Source: Hydrolagus affinis
Taxonomy: Eukaryota
Assembly (NCBI GenBank): GCA_012026655.1
Contig: JAAILG010000053.1
Coordinates: 62,001 to 126,000 of the forward strand
DNA length: 64,000 nt
Direction: 5' to 3'
The translations under genes were made by a program, and so were the position numbers. The notes under the pieces are model-generated. The model was not told the DNA's origin. It did not search any database and was given only the letters and a program-made list of their open reading frames with translations. Positions within the stretch are counted from its first letter, which is position 1; the number at the start of each line of letters is the position of its first letter. Positions 39,001-53,340 of the stretch are shown here, piece by piece.

Positions 39001-39854
39001 TTTCTGCATGCCCCAGGCATTTCTGCATGCCCCAGGTTCTTGAAATTCACCATGATGTCAAGCTTGTAAATCCCAGATATGCCTCATAGGCAGGTAATTT
39101 GGATGCATTCAGCGCATTATTCGCCAAACCGTCTGAAATCATTATTGTCTGTTCTAATATAAATAAATAATATATTGCATTTTGTACTGGGCGTTGATAT
39201 AAGCAGAGGTTTCACTGGAGAACAACAACCAATTGAAACTGACTAGGCCATGGTGAAGTATTGCATCTTAATAGAACCATATGAATGTGCAGGATGTGGG
39301 TTACCTATCATCAATGCCATTTATTTTGTAATTCCGCAACTTTCCATCATAATCCGTTACATCGTTTTCTGCTTTTCATAATAATTCTTGCAGTTAATAT
39401 AGTACCTTATATCAAATGCAAGGACTCCTCAAAGTGCTTCACGTAGTACAATGCAAAGTGGGTGCTTTTGCGTTTCACTTCACAAATTCAAATGTACAAT
39501 TGAACAGCTAAGTCGGAAGATTCTTCCATTTTGCCTACCTCACTCCAAAAAGTGTACTCCATATTATCTATTACAATAACATAGGCCCAAGTTCAAAACT
39601 GGTCTGCACCTTTTTTTTAAATCATGGAATTAAAAATAATACAATATGAAATTATATTTGGATAGTGCCATTCACATTGCGTGAACATTCCCGGGTACTG
39701 GATAATCAGGGACTCAACAGTCTGGTTTAGTAAATTGCTGAACATTTGATAAATTGCTGAAGTTTGTTTCTCTCTTATGTTTTCCATATTGCATATGTAG
39801 CTCCAAACAGGCCATTCATCCAAACTAGTCTGTGAAGGCGTTTTGCATCACACA

Positions 39855-39966
39855 TACTCTACCACCCCACCACCCCTGCCAACCACCCTCCACACCCACA
39901 CCACCCCCCACCACCCTGCACACCCCACCTCCCCCACCACACCTCCACCACACCCAAGCACCACCA
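39855..39966. repeat. C/A-rich low-complexity tract (G-rich on minus strand)
   Basis: Repeated CCACCCC units. Confidence 0.7.
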
Positions 39967-40284
39967 AAAATGCTTCTGTATATTTTGATAACTTCCGTTT
40001 CAATAAACTTCCATTTGGATTGCAGCATTGCTTGAAATATTATGAAAACAGATGTCTGTCTACGGGAATTGTACAGTATAAAAAGTTTCCCTCTCTTTCT
40101 CTCGCTGGGTGTACACTAATGAATGACAACAACAAATGGCATTTATATTGTGCCTACACAGGATAGTGTCCCAGAAAGCTTGATTCATAATCAATCATTA
40201 AATGCCCCTCAAAATCATAACCACTCCAAAGAAGTACAAGATTTCTGTCCCCACCATACATGGTGTGCTTATGTGTTTATAAAA

Positions 40285-40495
40285 AAAAATAATAACTTAG
40301 TCATCAACAACTGTAGTGGGACACAGCTGTACTCAATTAGCTGCCATATACAGTCAATTCACTTTACAGTAAATTCTGTGAAGCACTTTGAGACATCTAG
40401 AAGACGTGAAAAGCGCAACATCAAATGCACCATATTATATTGTGAAGCACTTTGAGATGTCTCAACAATGTAATAAGGCACTATATCAAATGCAA
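40285..40495 (+). mobile_element. SINE 3-prime fragment with doubled tail
   Basis: TGTGAAGCACTTTGAGA...ATCAAATGCA occurs twice in tandem. Confidence 0.75.
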
Positions 40496-43400
40496 TTTTT
40501 TTTTAACATGGCTTTATCTTATCAATCAAAACTTACATTTATATACCGCCTTTCAAGTCGAGAGGACGTCTCAAGACGTTGTACAGTCAGGTAGGGACAA
40601 GAGCAGGGGGTGGGGGGTGGGGGGTGGGGGGTCGGAGCAGGACGAAGGATGGTAGGAGAATCGACTGTATATTTATCCATTTGGATTGAAGTAAATTTCA
40701 TCAATCATTACCCTTTTTTCTTTTCTCTGTCAGTTTCATCTTTGTTATGATTGTGTCACATTTCTGTTAACAACATTAACAATATTAATTTTTTAATTAT
40801 TTTCCCCCCACACTCCTCTGATCCCGCCCCCCACCCCCTCCCCCCCCCCCCCAACCCCACCACCATCACCTCACTCCAATGGAAAAAACAATGAGAGGCA
40901 AATTTTATGATGAATGGCACTGTTTGCTTTCACAAACACATTTGTAGTTGGAATTGTGATGTTGGAATTGTTTGCTGTCTGGCACCATTAACTGATAAAA
41001 CAATGCTGCCTTGCATGTTACAAACTATTGCTGTGAACTATCCTATCTATCCATCATTTCCATATCAGCTTCTTATCCTCAATCCAAAGACATTGAGCAC
41101 ATAGGTTGAATAAGATGAGAGAGCCATCCCCCCCACCTCACCCCCCGCCACCCCCCACCCCCACAGGGAAATTAACCGACCTTATAATATTGTTTTAATA
41201 ATATACAGTTAAAAAAGAAAGATTGGGATCAGATGATTACAATAGTCAGATAATGACAGGAATACTTTATTCTGCTTTAGATGTTAATATAAATCTATTT
41301 GGGCAAGCAGCAAAGGAGCATTCATCTGTAACAAGGTTCATTACCTAGCAAATGTCACCTATTCAGAGAAGGCTGTTTATCTCCCAAAGGAACTTTCATC
41401 TTTACTTCCATTGGCCATTTTCCATTTTCTGACCATTTAGATCAGAGCCTTTTAGCGGATTATTTGTTGGATAATTTTGGTACAGTGGGACAGTAACATC
41501 TGTGGGAGTAGTGTCTTCAGAACATAAATTTTATTGCCAACTACCAAAAAGTGTTGCGTGTCCAATCTTCACACATACATTCTATCAACATGCTAAAGCC
41601 AACTGCTGATAACAACATTGAGGCACAATATTCCACGAGTACCAACCACAGTACCATTGCTTTCATAAGTAATAAGCCAAAAGACAAAATATTCAAAGCA
41701 GCAACACCTCTTCACCGATGGTGAAGAGATTTATATGTAAATCAGCTATTTCAAATCCTCTTTCACTTGGACTGATTGACTTCATTACAAAGCCAATAAT
41801 TGATCCATCAACCCAATGCTGTTATTTTAAAATCAGTTAAAATATATACAGACTTCAATAACCTGTCCATTCGTTTTTACTTAAAAGTGTATAAATGCCT
41901 GAATTGTATTGTTTAATAAAGTTTTGTTATGTAATTAAATGTATCTTCATTCCTATCTATCTTGCTTTCTTATTTTCTCTCCTCGTCTCTTTCCATTCTT
42001 TAATTTTTCCTCTTTTCTTTATCCTTTCTTCCCTTGCTTGCAACTTTGGTTTGTTTCTGACTTTTCTTGTTCTCCTTTCCCCTATCTTCCCATTGCTCCC
42101 TCTTATTTTCTCACACTTGCCAGTGATTACAGATGACTACAATTGCTTTTATTCACCAATTTTTTGTCACCCTCTGACATGCTGTTTAAGCAGAAACATC
42201 AATTGGTCAATGTATGGAAGCATTATCAGAATGATGTAACTTCTTTGAAATAAAATGATTAAATGAACTTTGCATTTGGTATAACATCTATAAAGTCAAA
42301 ACATCTCTTCACTGATCCCAAGTGTAGTGACTGTGTATTTGTATTGGTATGCAAGCTTTACATTAAGATTATTGCAATTTATTGGAGTTAGTACACATTT
42401 GGGCATAGCCATATCATTCCTAACTAGATTCCCCAGACTGTTTAATTTTAACATTGATTTTACAGTCTCTCCTGCTTTTTCCTGTCTGTTTTTGCGCACT
42501 AAAATTTATTTTCTTTTATGAAGGCGTGCAATACATTTTTGTCTTCTTACCAATTCATATTCTTTCTATCTCTTTCACTCTGTCCAATTATCTCTCCTCC
42601 TTGCTATCCAACATTTTCAGTGTTACTTATTTCAATTCATTTCCCTTTGAAACACTTAGCGGGCATTTATCCAAACATCAAAATAAGAAAATGTTTGAGG
42701 CGAAATAAAATGCCATGTTATGCACATGGGTGGTTTTTATTGAACTTATTTCCAGTGGTGTGAAAAATGAATATTTCATCTTCTATTTAGTTAATGAGTA
42801 AGCAGTAAAGTCTTTATCATTGTGCTGTGGAACATTGGCTGAACTCAATACCATACAGACTTTACTTATTGCATTCATTTAACTTGCTGAATACAACCTC
42901 GCTTTGTATTTGGCTACTCACCCTAACACTGTTTACTATGATCTGTATCTCTACTTCAAATGTTCCATGGAACAATTGGCCCCAATTACATCGGACATGG
43001 GAATTTCATCTGCGGAATGCAGCTAGTCATAGGTGAACATTGCAATATTGTTAAATTGATTATCTCGAGTTTATACTTGAACACTGAAAACACGGAATGA
43101 GACGAGGCCATCCGACACACGTGAAATCTGTCCTTTAGCAGAATAGACGGCCATTTCCCTCGATAGATGAACGTTCAGTACAAATGCTGCCCGCCCCTCC
43201 ATCCCCAAAGGTTAGTAACGAAAAATCTCAACAATATTCCTACATTTTCACATCATTATTCGACTCAGTCATCATTCACCACTCGCCTGCCGTGACGAGC
43301 TACAGTATCTCCTGATAAACTTTGGTGGCTTCAGAGAAATGCTGCACTCCCTCGGGAAGTAAATAGATTGCAAGGACTCAATGACAGTATAAATTATGTA

Positions 43401-44118
43401 TCACCCACTGCAATGAATGGACTGATCGATGGCTTTCCCTCATTCCACAGGTCTGCTTTCAGTCACATTCTTTCCAGCTGGCGTTGATATCTTGCTTGAT
43501 GCTGTAATATGCTTTTCGGGTTGAATTAATATCAATGTTCTTATCTTTTTGTGAAAAAAAAGCTGCTTAAGTGATGTAGAGAAATCAATGTGGTTATATA
43601 TTTTTGATTCAGCTGTAAACTTACATACATATCAGTTTGGGTTGATCTGTATCTCAACACCAAATTGAGTTTGCAGTGGAACCGCCCACTACTCCTTGTT
43701 TATATCGCTAAACATACATTGTATATATGGTTATATACACTTTTATTTAGCTGTACAGGCACTGACGGTCGGGGTGGTGGGGGGGGGGAGGTCCATTATC
43801 TCGGAGGGGCGAGCGAGTGGGGGTGCTTTTCTAAAACTCAGGAATGTATTGGGCATCCCGGGTCTTCGATTTTGAAATCAGTAGTGAAATAAAAGCTGAA
43901 TGACGAATATGAAAAAAAGGAAAAAAAATGGAAAGACTTTCCCTGGTACTGTTGCTGTTGCCATATCATAAAGTCTCACAGCACTTTACACTCAGTTTCT
44001 GTCAGGTGTAGTGACTGTGTTTGTGATAAAGCATGACACCCATGACACCCAAATTAAGCACAAGGCCTATTTATCTGGAGGATTATTGGTGAAGAAACTG
44101 GAAGAAAATATTTTTCAT

Positions 44119-44399
44119 AGTCTTATAGCTCAGTGGTTGGAGCACTCGCCTTACAAGTGAGAAACCTGGGAATGGAAGACCTTGGGCAAGTATATTTAGT
44201 CCACGTGCCTAACAATAATCCCTAAAAAAAATTATATTAAAAAAATTGGTTGATTCTGTTTACGCTGCTGTGAGCAATTGGCTGCTGAGTTTCGACCACA
44301 AATGTACAGTCAATTCACTTTACAGTATATTCTGTGAAGCAGTTCTAGATGTCTAGAAGATATGAAAAGCACTATATCAAATGCAAGAATTATTATTAT
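44119..44399 (+). mobile_element. tRNA-derived SINE, near full length
   Basis: AGCTCAGTGGTTGGAGCACTCGCCTTACAAG head and family tail. An opposite-strand tail fragment follows at about 44520-44575. Confidence 0.85.
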
Positions 44400-45064
44400 G
44401 ATGATGATCATTGTTATTATTGTTATTATAATGTCTTTACATCTATAAAGTCTAACTGATTAGACAGGCTGGATCTTGATTCAGCGTCTCACCCAAAAGA
44501 CACACAATAATCATCACCATCATTATCATCCTTGCATTTGATATAGCACTTTTCACGTCTTCTAGACATCTCAAAATTAATAAACTATTTTAAACAAGAG
44601 AACATATTCTATGAAATTCCAAATTTTAGCAGGATAATGTTAAGACTCTGAAAAATCAAAACAAATAAAATAAATTACATGTAATTCGACAGAAGACTGT
44701 GTCTAGATAAATTTTCTAGAAGAAACTAATAGAATCATCGAACAGAACTAGATCATTCAGCCCATCATGGCTGTACTCTCTGAAGACCAAACTGTCTCAT
44801 ACCTATTTATATATTTTCAGATGTTTCTCCAATTTTCATTTAAACTGGAATTGTTGGAGTCGTGCCCTATGACTATGTTAGGAAATCAATGCGAATATTT
44901 GTAAAGTGTTGATAAGAACAACAAGAAAAAAAATACATTTAGAACGCGTTTCAGTCGGGAGGACGTCCCAATGCGCTGGCTATCAATATAAGAACATTTG
45001 ATATATTGTGTCACTTTCCTCCTAATTTTTTGCAAATATCCTTTTTAAAAAATAAATGCTACTT

Positions 45065-45345
45065 TCTAGATCTCTGCCAATATACTCTGATATAGTCACT
45101 GCTCATGTGCTTATCCAATTTCCTTTTCAACAATACCATTGATTCAGCTCGTATAACCACCTGTGATGAAGAACTCCAAACGCTCACAATTCTCCGAATC
45201 AAGACATTCTTTTTAATTTCTCCCCCATATTTCCTGTTAACAATCGAGCAAACGATTCCCTTCTTCTTTCTCATCGATTCCACAACTAAAGGAAATATTG
45301 TGACCTTATCTTTCCTGTCATTCAAGTCAGCATATTGAACACTAC
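45065..45345 (-). mobile_element. CR1-clade LINE 3-prime ORF2 fragment
   Basis: RRIVSVWSSSSQVVIRAESMVLLKRKLDKHM resembles the CR1 ORF2 end RVVxxWNxLPxxVVxAxSxxxFKxxLDxxM. Confidence 0.65.
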
Positions 45346-46764
45346 GTTCATATTATTCAATCTCCTCTACTGTTAATCTTACATAATTTGGAGCAATAAT
45401 GGTGGGGGGAAAATATGATTTGATATAACATAGCAATAATTGATCAACTCGTACTTTGCAGCTGCTGGAATACCCCATGATTCTGTTCTAATTCAAATGC
45501 CACAGCTGAACTGTTAAACCTATTTTCTCTGTTATTTGTTGTTTCGCCTGCTGTGGCATTTCTTCAGCAGTTAGGTTTTGCGTTTCTTTGTAAATTTCCA
45601 TTTATTGAAAGGTTTTCCCAATTGAAACCATACCTGTGCATTGATAATCAAGACATTTCATATGGATAATATCTGCAGTACTGTCTCTAACTCATCGCTG
45701 GCGTTCTTGCTAGTGAATTTAGTGGTCTATTTATTGTAGATAGATCCGTAAGGATGTGATATATTACTACTTATATTTCAATCTTCATTCTTATGACACT
45801 TGTGATTAAATATGCATCTGAACGTTTCAATATATCTTCGATGAAATACGTCTTTCTATATACTAGCTTGATGTAACAATTAGACTATTTTTTAAAGATT
45901 ATACTAATGAATAATTAATGGTTTAGACGAAAGTTAAATTAACTATTCAAATCTTACATGACATACCAACATTGGATTAAAGTCCACCTCGGATGTGGAA
46001 ATTCAGACCTTCTCCTGTAATTGACCGGGTATTATTTATAAGACGCGTTGCATGCTTTCTAAATTACACTTTTGTAAATTTGGATCCCAAAAATGTAACT
46101 TGTTTTTGTCCTCTTATTTCGTCAAAGCAGCGTCAAATTTCCACAAGTATTTTTTTCGCGAAAATACTGCAAACAGAATACATGTCATGATTGACGGGAT
46201 GCAGCGCCTTGGAGCGCCAGCCTATGCTGGGAGGGAGGGAATGGGCACAGCTAAAGTCCTCTCTGTCTCTGGCAAACTGCTTGTTAAAAGCTTGGTGCCT
46301 CCAAACCACAGCGGGAGGGGAGAGGAAAATTCAATAAAATGTCACAAACCAACTATACCCACTTCCTGGGTTAAGGGGGTACTCGCCTTCGCTTTAGTCC
46401 CCAGGAGACTGGTAACCTAATCAGAACTCCAAGTGGAGCGTGTGTGGGGTGGTGGGGGGAGGGGGGGGAACGGACAGGGAAATTGAGCAAATCATATCCT
46501 CATATGAACTAAACTATACTGGAAGTTTCGGCATGATATGATCAATATCTCTACAAGTGGCGCTGACTCCATAATGCGGGAGAGTAAATTGAGTTAGTGT
46601 CAGACAATTATTACCACAAGCCCAGGCAGATACCCACTCTTTGTATCAGATTTGCGGAGAGAGAAGGGGGGTGGGAGTTTGAAGATTTAATTTTAATGCA
46701 GAAAATCAGCACAATTTGTTTTCCTGCGGAAATATAATTTATATTGTATTTAATTCACATCACT

Positions 46765-46902
46765 GTCGCTGCTTCGTGTCACCCACGAATATACAATCAA
46801 TTCACTTTAAAGGATATTCTGGGAAGTGTTTTGATATGTCTAGAAGACGTGAAAAGCGCTAACTGTATATTAATTGCAAGGATTATTATTATAATTATTA
46901 TT
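46765..46902 (+). mobile_element. SINE 3-prime fragment
   Basis: Family tail TCTAGAAGACGTGAAAAGCGCTA...TGCAAGGATTATT. Confidence 0.75.
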
Positions 46903-47019
46903 TTCACTGATACTGAATGAAAAAGCTCAAACCTGCAAGACCTAAATGCGACCCACTCAATTTCTGTCAGTTTCTATTAGCTCGGTGTTTTGTCAATTTG
47001 GTTGTAATAATCTGTAATA

Positions 47020-47332
47020 AATATTAATCCCTGCATTTGACATAGCGCTTTCCGCGTCTTCCAGACGTCTCAAAGCGCTTCACAGAATATACTGTAGAGT
47101 GAATTGGCTGTGTATTTGTGGGCGAAAACGCGGTAGCCAATTGCGCACAGCAGTGTTCCACAAACAGTCGTGGATTGAAATGACCAATTTATTATAGTTT
47201 TGGGGGGAGGGATTAGTAATCGGCGTGTGGAGTAAGAAAACTTGCCCAAGGTTTCGCCCTGACCTGCCTGGATTCGGACACAGATCTCACGCTTCTAAAC
47301 CGAATGCTCTAACCATTGAGCTACAGGACTCC
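47020..47332 (-). mobile_element. tRNA-derived SINE, full length, possible 10-bp TSD
   Basis: CpG-rich copy that looks young. GTAATAATCT flanks it at 47004-47013 and 47334-47343. Confidence 0.9.
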
Positions 47333-49254
47333 AGTAATAATCTTAACTTTTGAGATATTCTGTAATGTAATAATAAGGAAAAATAAGGAATAAATCCCGT
47401 GGGAAACTCGCTTTAATTGAATGTGATGTAATCCGTGTCTAGATCACTTTTTTTTAGGAAGTTTTAATTTATTTTCACAAGACTGAGTTGCACCCGGATA
47501 AGGTCACGTGTATAACATATTATACGGAAGCATCCATTTTCCACTTGCCACTTGCTGCAAAGTCGCCGCACAAAAAACAACCTTCAGAATCACAAAACAC
47601 ACATCTAAAATGTCCAAGAGGGTTATCTGTTTCACTAACCAGAAAATTACAAATATTTTAAAAAGTTAGAGCAGAATAGATAATTGAAAATAATATTTGA
47701 CTGTTGATGGTATAAAGGATTATTAAATTGAACTGCGTCTGATTGGTTTTCTGCCATTTTATAGGAATTGAACATATCGCTATGTTGCTGCCGTTTTCAA
47801 ATTTGCGACGATTCACTTCATTTATTAAACCTACAGTTTTACTTTACTTATTAAGAGTAAAGTTTTCCCAAAGTTCCAACACCATGCAGATATTTACCAA
47901 CGGATGCGGTTTTTATTTTCCCCAGAGAGGGAGAGGGAGAAAGAGTGGGGGGGGTGTGGTGGGTGGGGGGTGGTCAATTCTGCTTTCAGTTATGGTGGAA
48001 CAGATGGTTTCAAGAGAAAGTTATTCATTCTTTTGACATGCTCACCATGCAATGTCTGTGTGAACTGTCTGTTTCATCATCGGTTAGCGTCTATAAGCAT
48101 ACTTTGATAGTGACTCACTGATTTGACACCGAAATTGAGGTTATTTAATATCCAGCGATGTATTGACTGTACAAACTGCGCGGATCATAAGCGTGACTGT
48201 ATGGCGGCCTTAGTAAACACATGATGTTACGTGTCAAATTGTGCAATCGACTGTTTTATACAAGCTTTCTGTGGGTCAGGCGTGAAGGGCGCTAAATAAA
48301 TGCAAGATGCTGTTGTTGTCAGCAAGTCTGTCTGTCTTTGTGTCTGCCTATTTATCTGTCTGTCTCTGGCTGTTAAAAAGAAAAGGTGAAATGTTAAAAG
48401 CTGAATATCTGAAATATTGAGAATACACGATATATCAAGCAATAAACAGTCATCAGAATTAACGTTGCCCTATCTGCTTGACGAGCAAATCTATTTATAA
48501 TTTGTTTTAGAAGTGGGTTAAAACCGTGGGATCAGAATTCACCAACTTTAGGGAAAACACGGAGAACAGTCCCCGAGTTGAGACCATTCGGTCATCCTAA
48601 CAGCTGGTCATTTATCTATGTACTAACAAGAAATTCAATTTAAAATAACTAGATGTTAATCTTTCACTGCTCGATCCATCGTCTCCATATTATGCATCTC
48701 GATGTAATCATTCATAGATGATATTCACCGTTAGTTTGTTGTACGCAATTTTGCGGCTCAAATTATTTCCTAAGTGTTGTATCCCTCCTCAATATTACTA
48801 ACACCAAATGTTTGTGAGAAAAGTCACCGATATTTTCTGCGAGTTTTGAACCTGATTAAAGTATTGAATATATTTTTAACGGAACAAATTATGTTGCTGA
48901 TTCGTGACCTCGTGGATTTGAATAATTTTTTGAATTGTTTGTTTTCCACATTTCAGTGATAGGTGAAGTGTAGGGTGTGTAGGTAACGTTTGGATTAATA
49001 GAAACAGTCTGAAGGTTTGTTTAATAAAGAGTATGAAGGCATGATTACCCTTTGCCCTGAAATTGCCTTGATCCTCAACAAGTTTGTTCTGATTTTCAGA
49101 AGCTCTACTGCTCTATATTTAGCGAGTTAGATCGAATAACTGGAAATACTTGGCTTTTTATAAATTCTCACTTCGCCGAATCTAACAGGCAGTAACAGGT
49201 CATCGTTAACTTGATTATAGCGATTTATAATTTGGAAATCAGATTAGAATGACA

Positions 49255-49583
49255 ATAATAGTAATAATAATCCTTGCATTTCATATAACGCTTTTCACAT
49301 TTTATCCACGTCCTAAAGAGCTTCACAGAATGTAGTGTGAAGTGAATTGACTGTATATTTGTGGGCGAATCGCAGCAGCCAATTGCTCACAGCAGTGTCC
49401 CACAAACAGTCGTGGATTGAAATGACCAATTTTATTATTGTGTTTTTTTTTAGAGAGATTATTATTAGGCGTGTGGAGTAAGGAAACTTGTCCAAGGTTT
49501 CGCCCTGACCTGCCTGGATTTGAACACAGGTCTCCCCAGCTTGGTCTCCCCAGCTTAGCTAACCACTAAGCCACAGGAGCTCC
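49255..49583 (-). mobile_element. tRNA-derived SINE, full length
   Basis: Same family; the head carries a tandem duplication GGTCTCCCCAGCTT x2. Confidence 0.9.
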
Positions 49584-50889
49584 ACAATCTTTCCGGGTGT
49601 AATCATTTTAGTTATAACTGCAGAGAATCTTGACTGTTTATTTTGGAACATACCGCATGAGGATATATCCGCAATAAAAGGACGTTCGTTCGCCTGAGGA
49701 CGTCGACAATTACGTTACATTCATCGTCGAGAAATATGCAATAATAATAATACGCAGTAAGATATAATCTAATTAGTATTAGAAGAGTTCAATATGAGTT
49801 CAATATCAATCATCTTCACTGTACACATTTAAAAAAAAATCCAAGCACAGTTATCCCAAAGTGAGAGAGACAGACATCGAGGACACTTGCATCAAATGTT
49901 GCAGTATATTATTAAATTCAAATGGATAGTGGTGGCGATTCGTCTACTGGGACTATGTAACTACAATAAAATCATTTGCTTATTATTTTTTCAATCACTC
50001 TACATGTTCCAATCAATCAACCGCTCAGCAGAGATCTTCAATTAGAATGCTTGGAGGCACGCAGCAAAGCTTATCCAGTAAAATGTGCTTTCACAATCGA
50101 TCATTCTTATTTATTTTCAGGGTATATCATTTTTTTACATAAATTTCAAGGGAATTGTGATTTTTCGAAGGTAGAATTCCAAATATTCGAATGAATCTCT
50201 AGGACATATAAAATAAGGCGCCACCAGACACAGTTGTTTTGTTACATATAAAAAGGGAAGTTATATTACAGAAAACGTACCGTGGAAAGATTTTGTGGAT
50301 TTTTTTACATAGAATAAAAAGGCTAAAAGAATTGAAAATACATCAAATCAATTTTTCAAAATTACGATTTCCTTGAATTAAATTTGCAACTACCGGAGTA
50401 TATCTGAATGAGTTAATGAAACCCTTTCAAAAGCAGAAACTGATCACCTCGTTCCCCACCCACTTTGCGTCCAAATTTTTTTATTGACGCTTTATAGATT
50501 TCGTAACATTTATCCCAATTAAAATACAAGAAGAAAAGTCACGCAACCCGTTTGCTTGTACTTCCTGTTGAGACTATACCGGTCATTTAATTGCAAAACG
50601 CTGTAAATGAATCGTATACTGACCTTTTTTCTCCAAAGAAAGAACAAAGTCCTTCAAATCTGGCCTGTTCTTTATTCATTCAAATATCTCAAGTTATGAC
50701 CTTAATTGTCTGGGGTTAGTTTGTTCCCCCTTCATTAACTCCAGAATTTATCTTGAATCGGGCATCTTATCACCCCATCGCTGAGGCGGTGACCACTTAC
50801 TGGATTAGACATGGGACTTTATGTTCTCTTAAAGGCTAGACTGTTGTCGAGGGCCGCGGCTCTCCGTCTGATTGTTGACATTGTGCGTT

Positions 50890-50910
50890 TCAAGTTCAAC
50901 GTCAAGGTCA
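50890..50910 (+). promoter_or_regulatory. Triple DR0 nuclear-receptor element
   Basis: TCA-AGTTCA-ACGTCA-AGGTCA. Confidence 0.45.
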
Positions 50911-53325
50911 GGCCAGACACAAAGGAAGGAATGAGTAGCCGGATCAGCAATCGGATAAACGTTTGCCTTCGGTGAAAATCGATTTGAGATTAATTTCAAG
51001 ACTTGCAATAACCAAAATGAAAGGAAATTCGGGTCTTTCGTTGTTTATCGTTTTTTGTCTCGGTTCATTCACCAACAGTTGGTTTGCGCGTAGAAATAAC
51101 AAAAACACTCACACATACATACAGACACGAAATCAACGCTGACCTTTGGCGCAATGGAATTCGATTGAACAGTCTCACAAAAGAAAAACTAATTTGTGTC
51201 CAGGATTAAAATTAATCCCGTTAAATATGTGTTAATCGCCTAAAATGAGTATTAGTTTCCTTAATGTTTTAATAGAATACAGACACGTTAAATGGGCAAA
51301 TGTACAGGGCTATTCGGTTGGTTATTAGCTACCATGTGATGGCTCGAAAGCTTTGAAGTTCGTGGTATAATTTTGACTTCTGCCTCTTCACACATCGGTT
51401 AAAGGCAAATTAAAACATGAAACATTTAATTACATCCGCTGAAATCGAAGCTGGGCACTAACACGAAAAATACGTGTTAAACATGCGACGCTTTACCACA
51501 CGCCTGTATTTTAAGTACTGCTAAATAATAATTACGCTTTCAAACGCCGAATGACGTATGTATTTTTAAAGATTCTGACTCTTGATAGTGAAATTTAAAC
51601 ATTTAAAAAATATACTGTGTATAGAAGATTCGGAAAAATATCAATCATATTGAATATTAAAGGTTAACCAGATAGGTTCAAATTCTGATGCCTCGATTGA
51701 TTATTATCGTATCCTACGTACACACACACACACAAAGTTTTCTTCAGGCTTTCTGAAAGATAGCTTACTGAATTCCTTATGCGAGTGTAACGAATCTCAC
51801 AGACTGTCCTCTTTTACTAACAGAACCGAGGAACAAAACAGTGAAGAAAATAGTGGATAAAAAGAAATTGTATCTCAATTGTGTATTAATCTGAAGTTAA
51901 ATTTCCAATCTGATCGCAGCCCGGTGCTCATGTGTCCTCGTCAAACAGAGACTTGGTGTCTTTCTGCATCTAAGATGGTTTGGCCAGTTATTTCTTCCGT
52001 CTCGAGTGTTTTCATGTGTATAGGGTACTGTATAGCAAAATGCACGCATGTTTAAATATTCATTAGGCTTGGATGGAGCTACAGGCAACAAAAAATAAAA
52101 CACATTTTGAAACCAAGGTGGGGAATTGTAAGTATTTATGAGATTCCAATATATTCAGTTATATACCTTACTTGAGAAACGTGGGACGTATGCATATTCT
52201 TACAGTACTAAGATTATTGTTGTGCTACTTATGAAATTTGTGCAATTAGTACACGGCAATACTACACAACCATTAACGCAATGAAAATTCGTGATACGTA
52301 TTCACATCAAACAAAATGGTTTTGAAACCGTCCTTACGAGAAATAGCCATTTCAAAGGTTTCCAAGCATTTTCTACTGCAAGAATGGCTTAATATTAAGG
52401 TTAAATGTTCATCGAGCTGGAAATATTGGTATTAGATAGCAATCGATTTCTATCATTCTATTAACAATCTTTTTTTGTAGGTTTACTGACAACTGAAACA
52501 AGCAAAATAATGGCATACAAATAATGGGATACAAATTGAGAAACATGCAGATTGATTTCAGCTCCTGGGCTGTGTTCTGCACACATGCAATAATCTGACC
52601 ATTATTCTTGCCAGTCAGTGATGGGTCTATATTTTGCACTATATTTATATACAACATATTTTGTCCCTTCCGACCAAATACTTAGTACAGATTTAATCAA
52701 TTCAGAACTAAGATTCACTTTAAGTAACGTTGAAAGCGTATGATTGTGAATGTGTTTAACAATTCTTGATATTTCTTACCACAGTCCTGAAATCAATTTT
52801 GACATCAGTAACATCTACGGAAAGATTTAATGATCTAATTATCTCTATTTTTCCTCCTGAAATCATTGATGAATTTCAAATGTTTGTATTATATATATAT
52901 GTATATATATACACGATAGTTTATGATTCTATTATATTGGTAAGGTTATCACTTATTTCCTCAGTTTAAGCATTGTAAATAATCAAGCTCTATTGAAACT
53001 CCACCCCAAATTTATTTTAAAAGTGAGGGACTTTTACTAAATTTGTCACGTACAGTGGTTCCTAAGGCAATGGTAACCAAGTGACCAGTAAAGGCAAACA
53101 ATTCAATGGTTACCTAATGGTCATTTTGCTTCCATCTTGATCGTCACTCTTTACAGAAATTCTCGCTGTTTCTTTACACAAAGACTGGTCCTGGAAAAAC
53201 CAACAATGTGGTACCGAGCGACACAACAGAAGATGGCGCACTTGGCCTGTACATGGCAAGAAAGACCCTGTGATTATTCATAAACTGCGAGAAGTCAAGG
53301 TCGCTGGCGAGCCCACACGTGACCG

Positions 53326-53340
53326 CCAAGGTCAAGGTCA
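53326..53340 (+). promoter_or_regulatory. Perfect DR0 element
   Basis: CCA-AGGTCA-AGGTCA, with a second imperfect copy AAGTCAAGGTCG at 53292-53303. Confidence 0.55.

Noticed and set aside
38998-39037. 19-bp tandem duplication GCATTTCTGCATGCCCCAG x2
   Set aside because: Ordinary slippage duplication with no further context.
41708-41728. 9-bp inverted repeat CTCTTCACC-GAT-GGTGAAGAG
   Set aside because: Short enough to occur by chance in 64 kb.
41895-42239. 114-aa hydrophobic ORF resembling a membrane protein
   Set aside because: Arises from T/C-rich low-complexity sequence.
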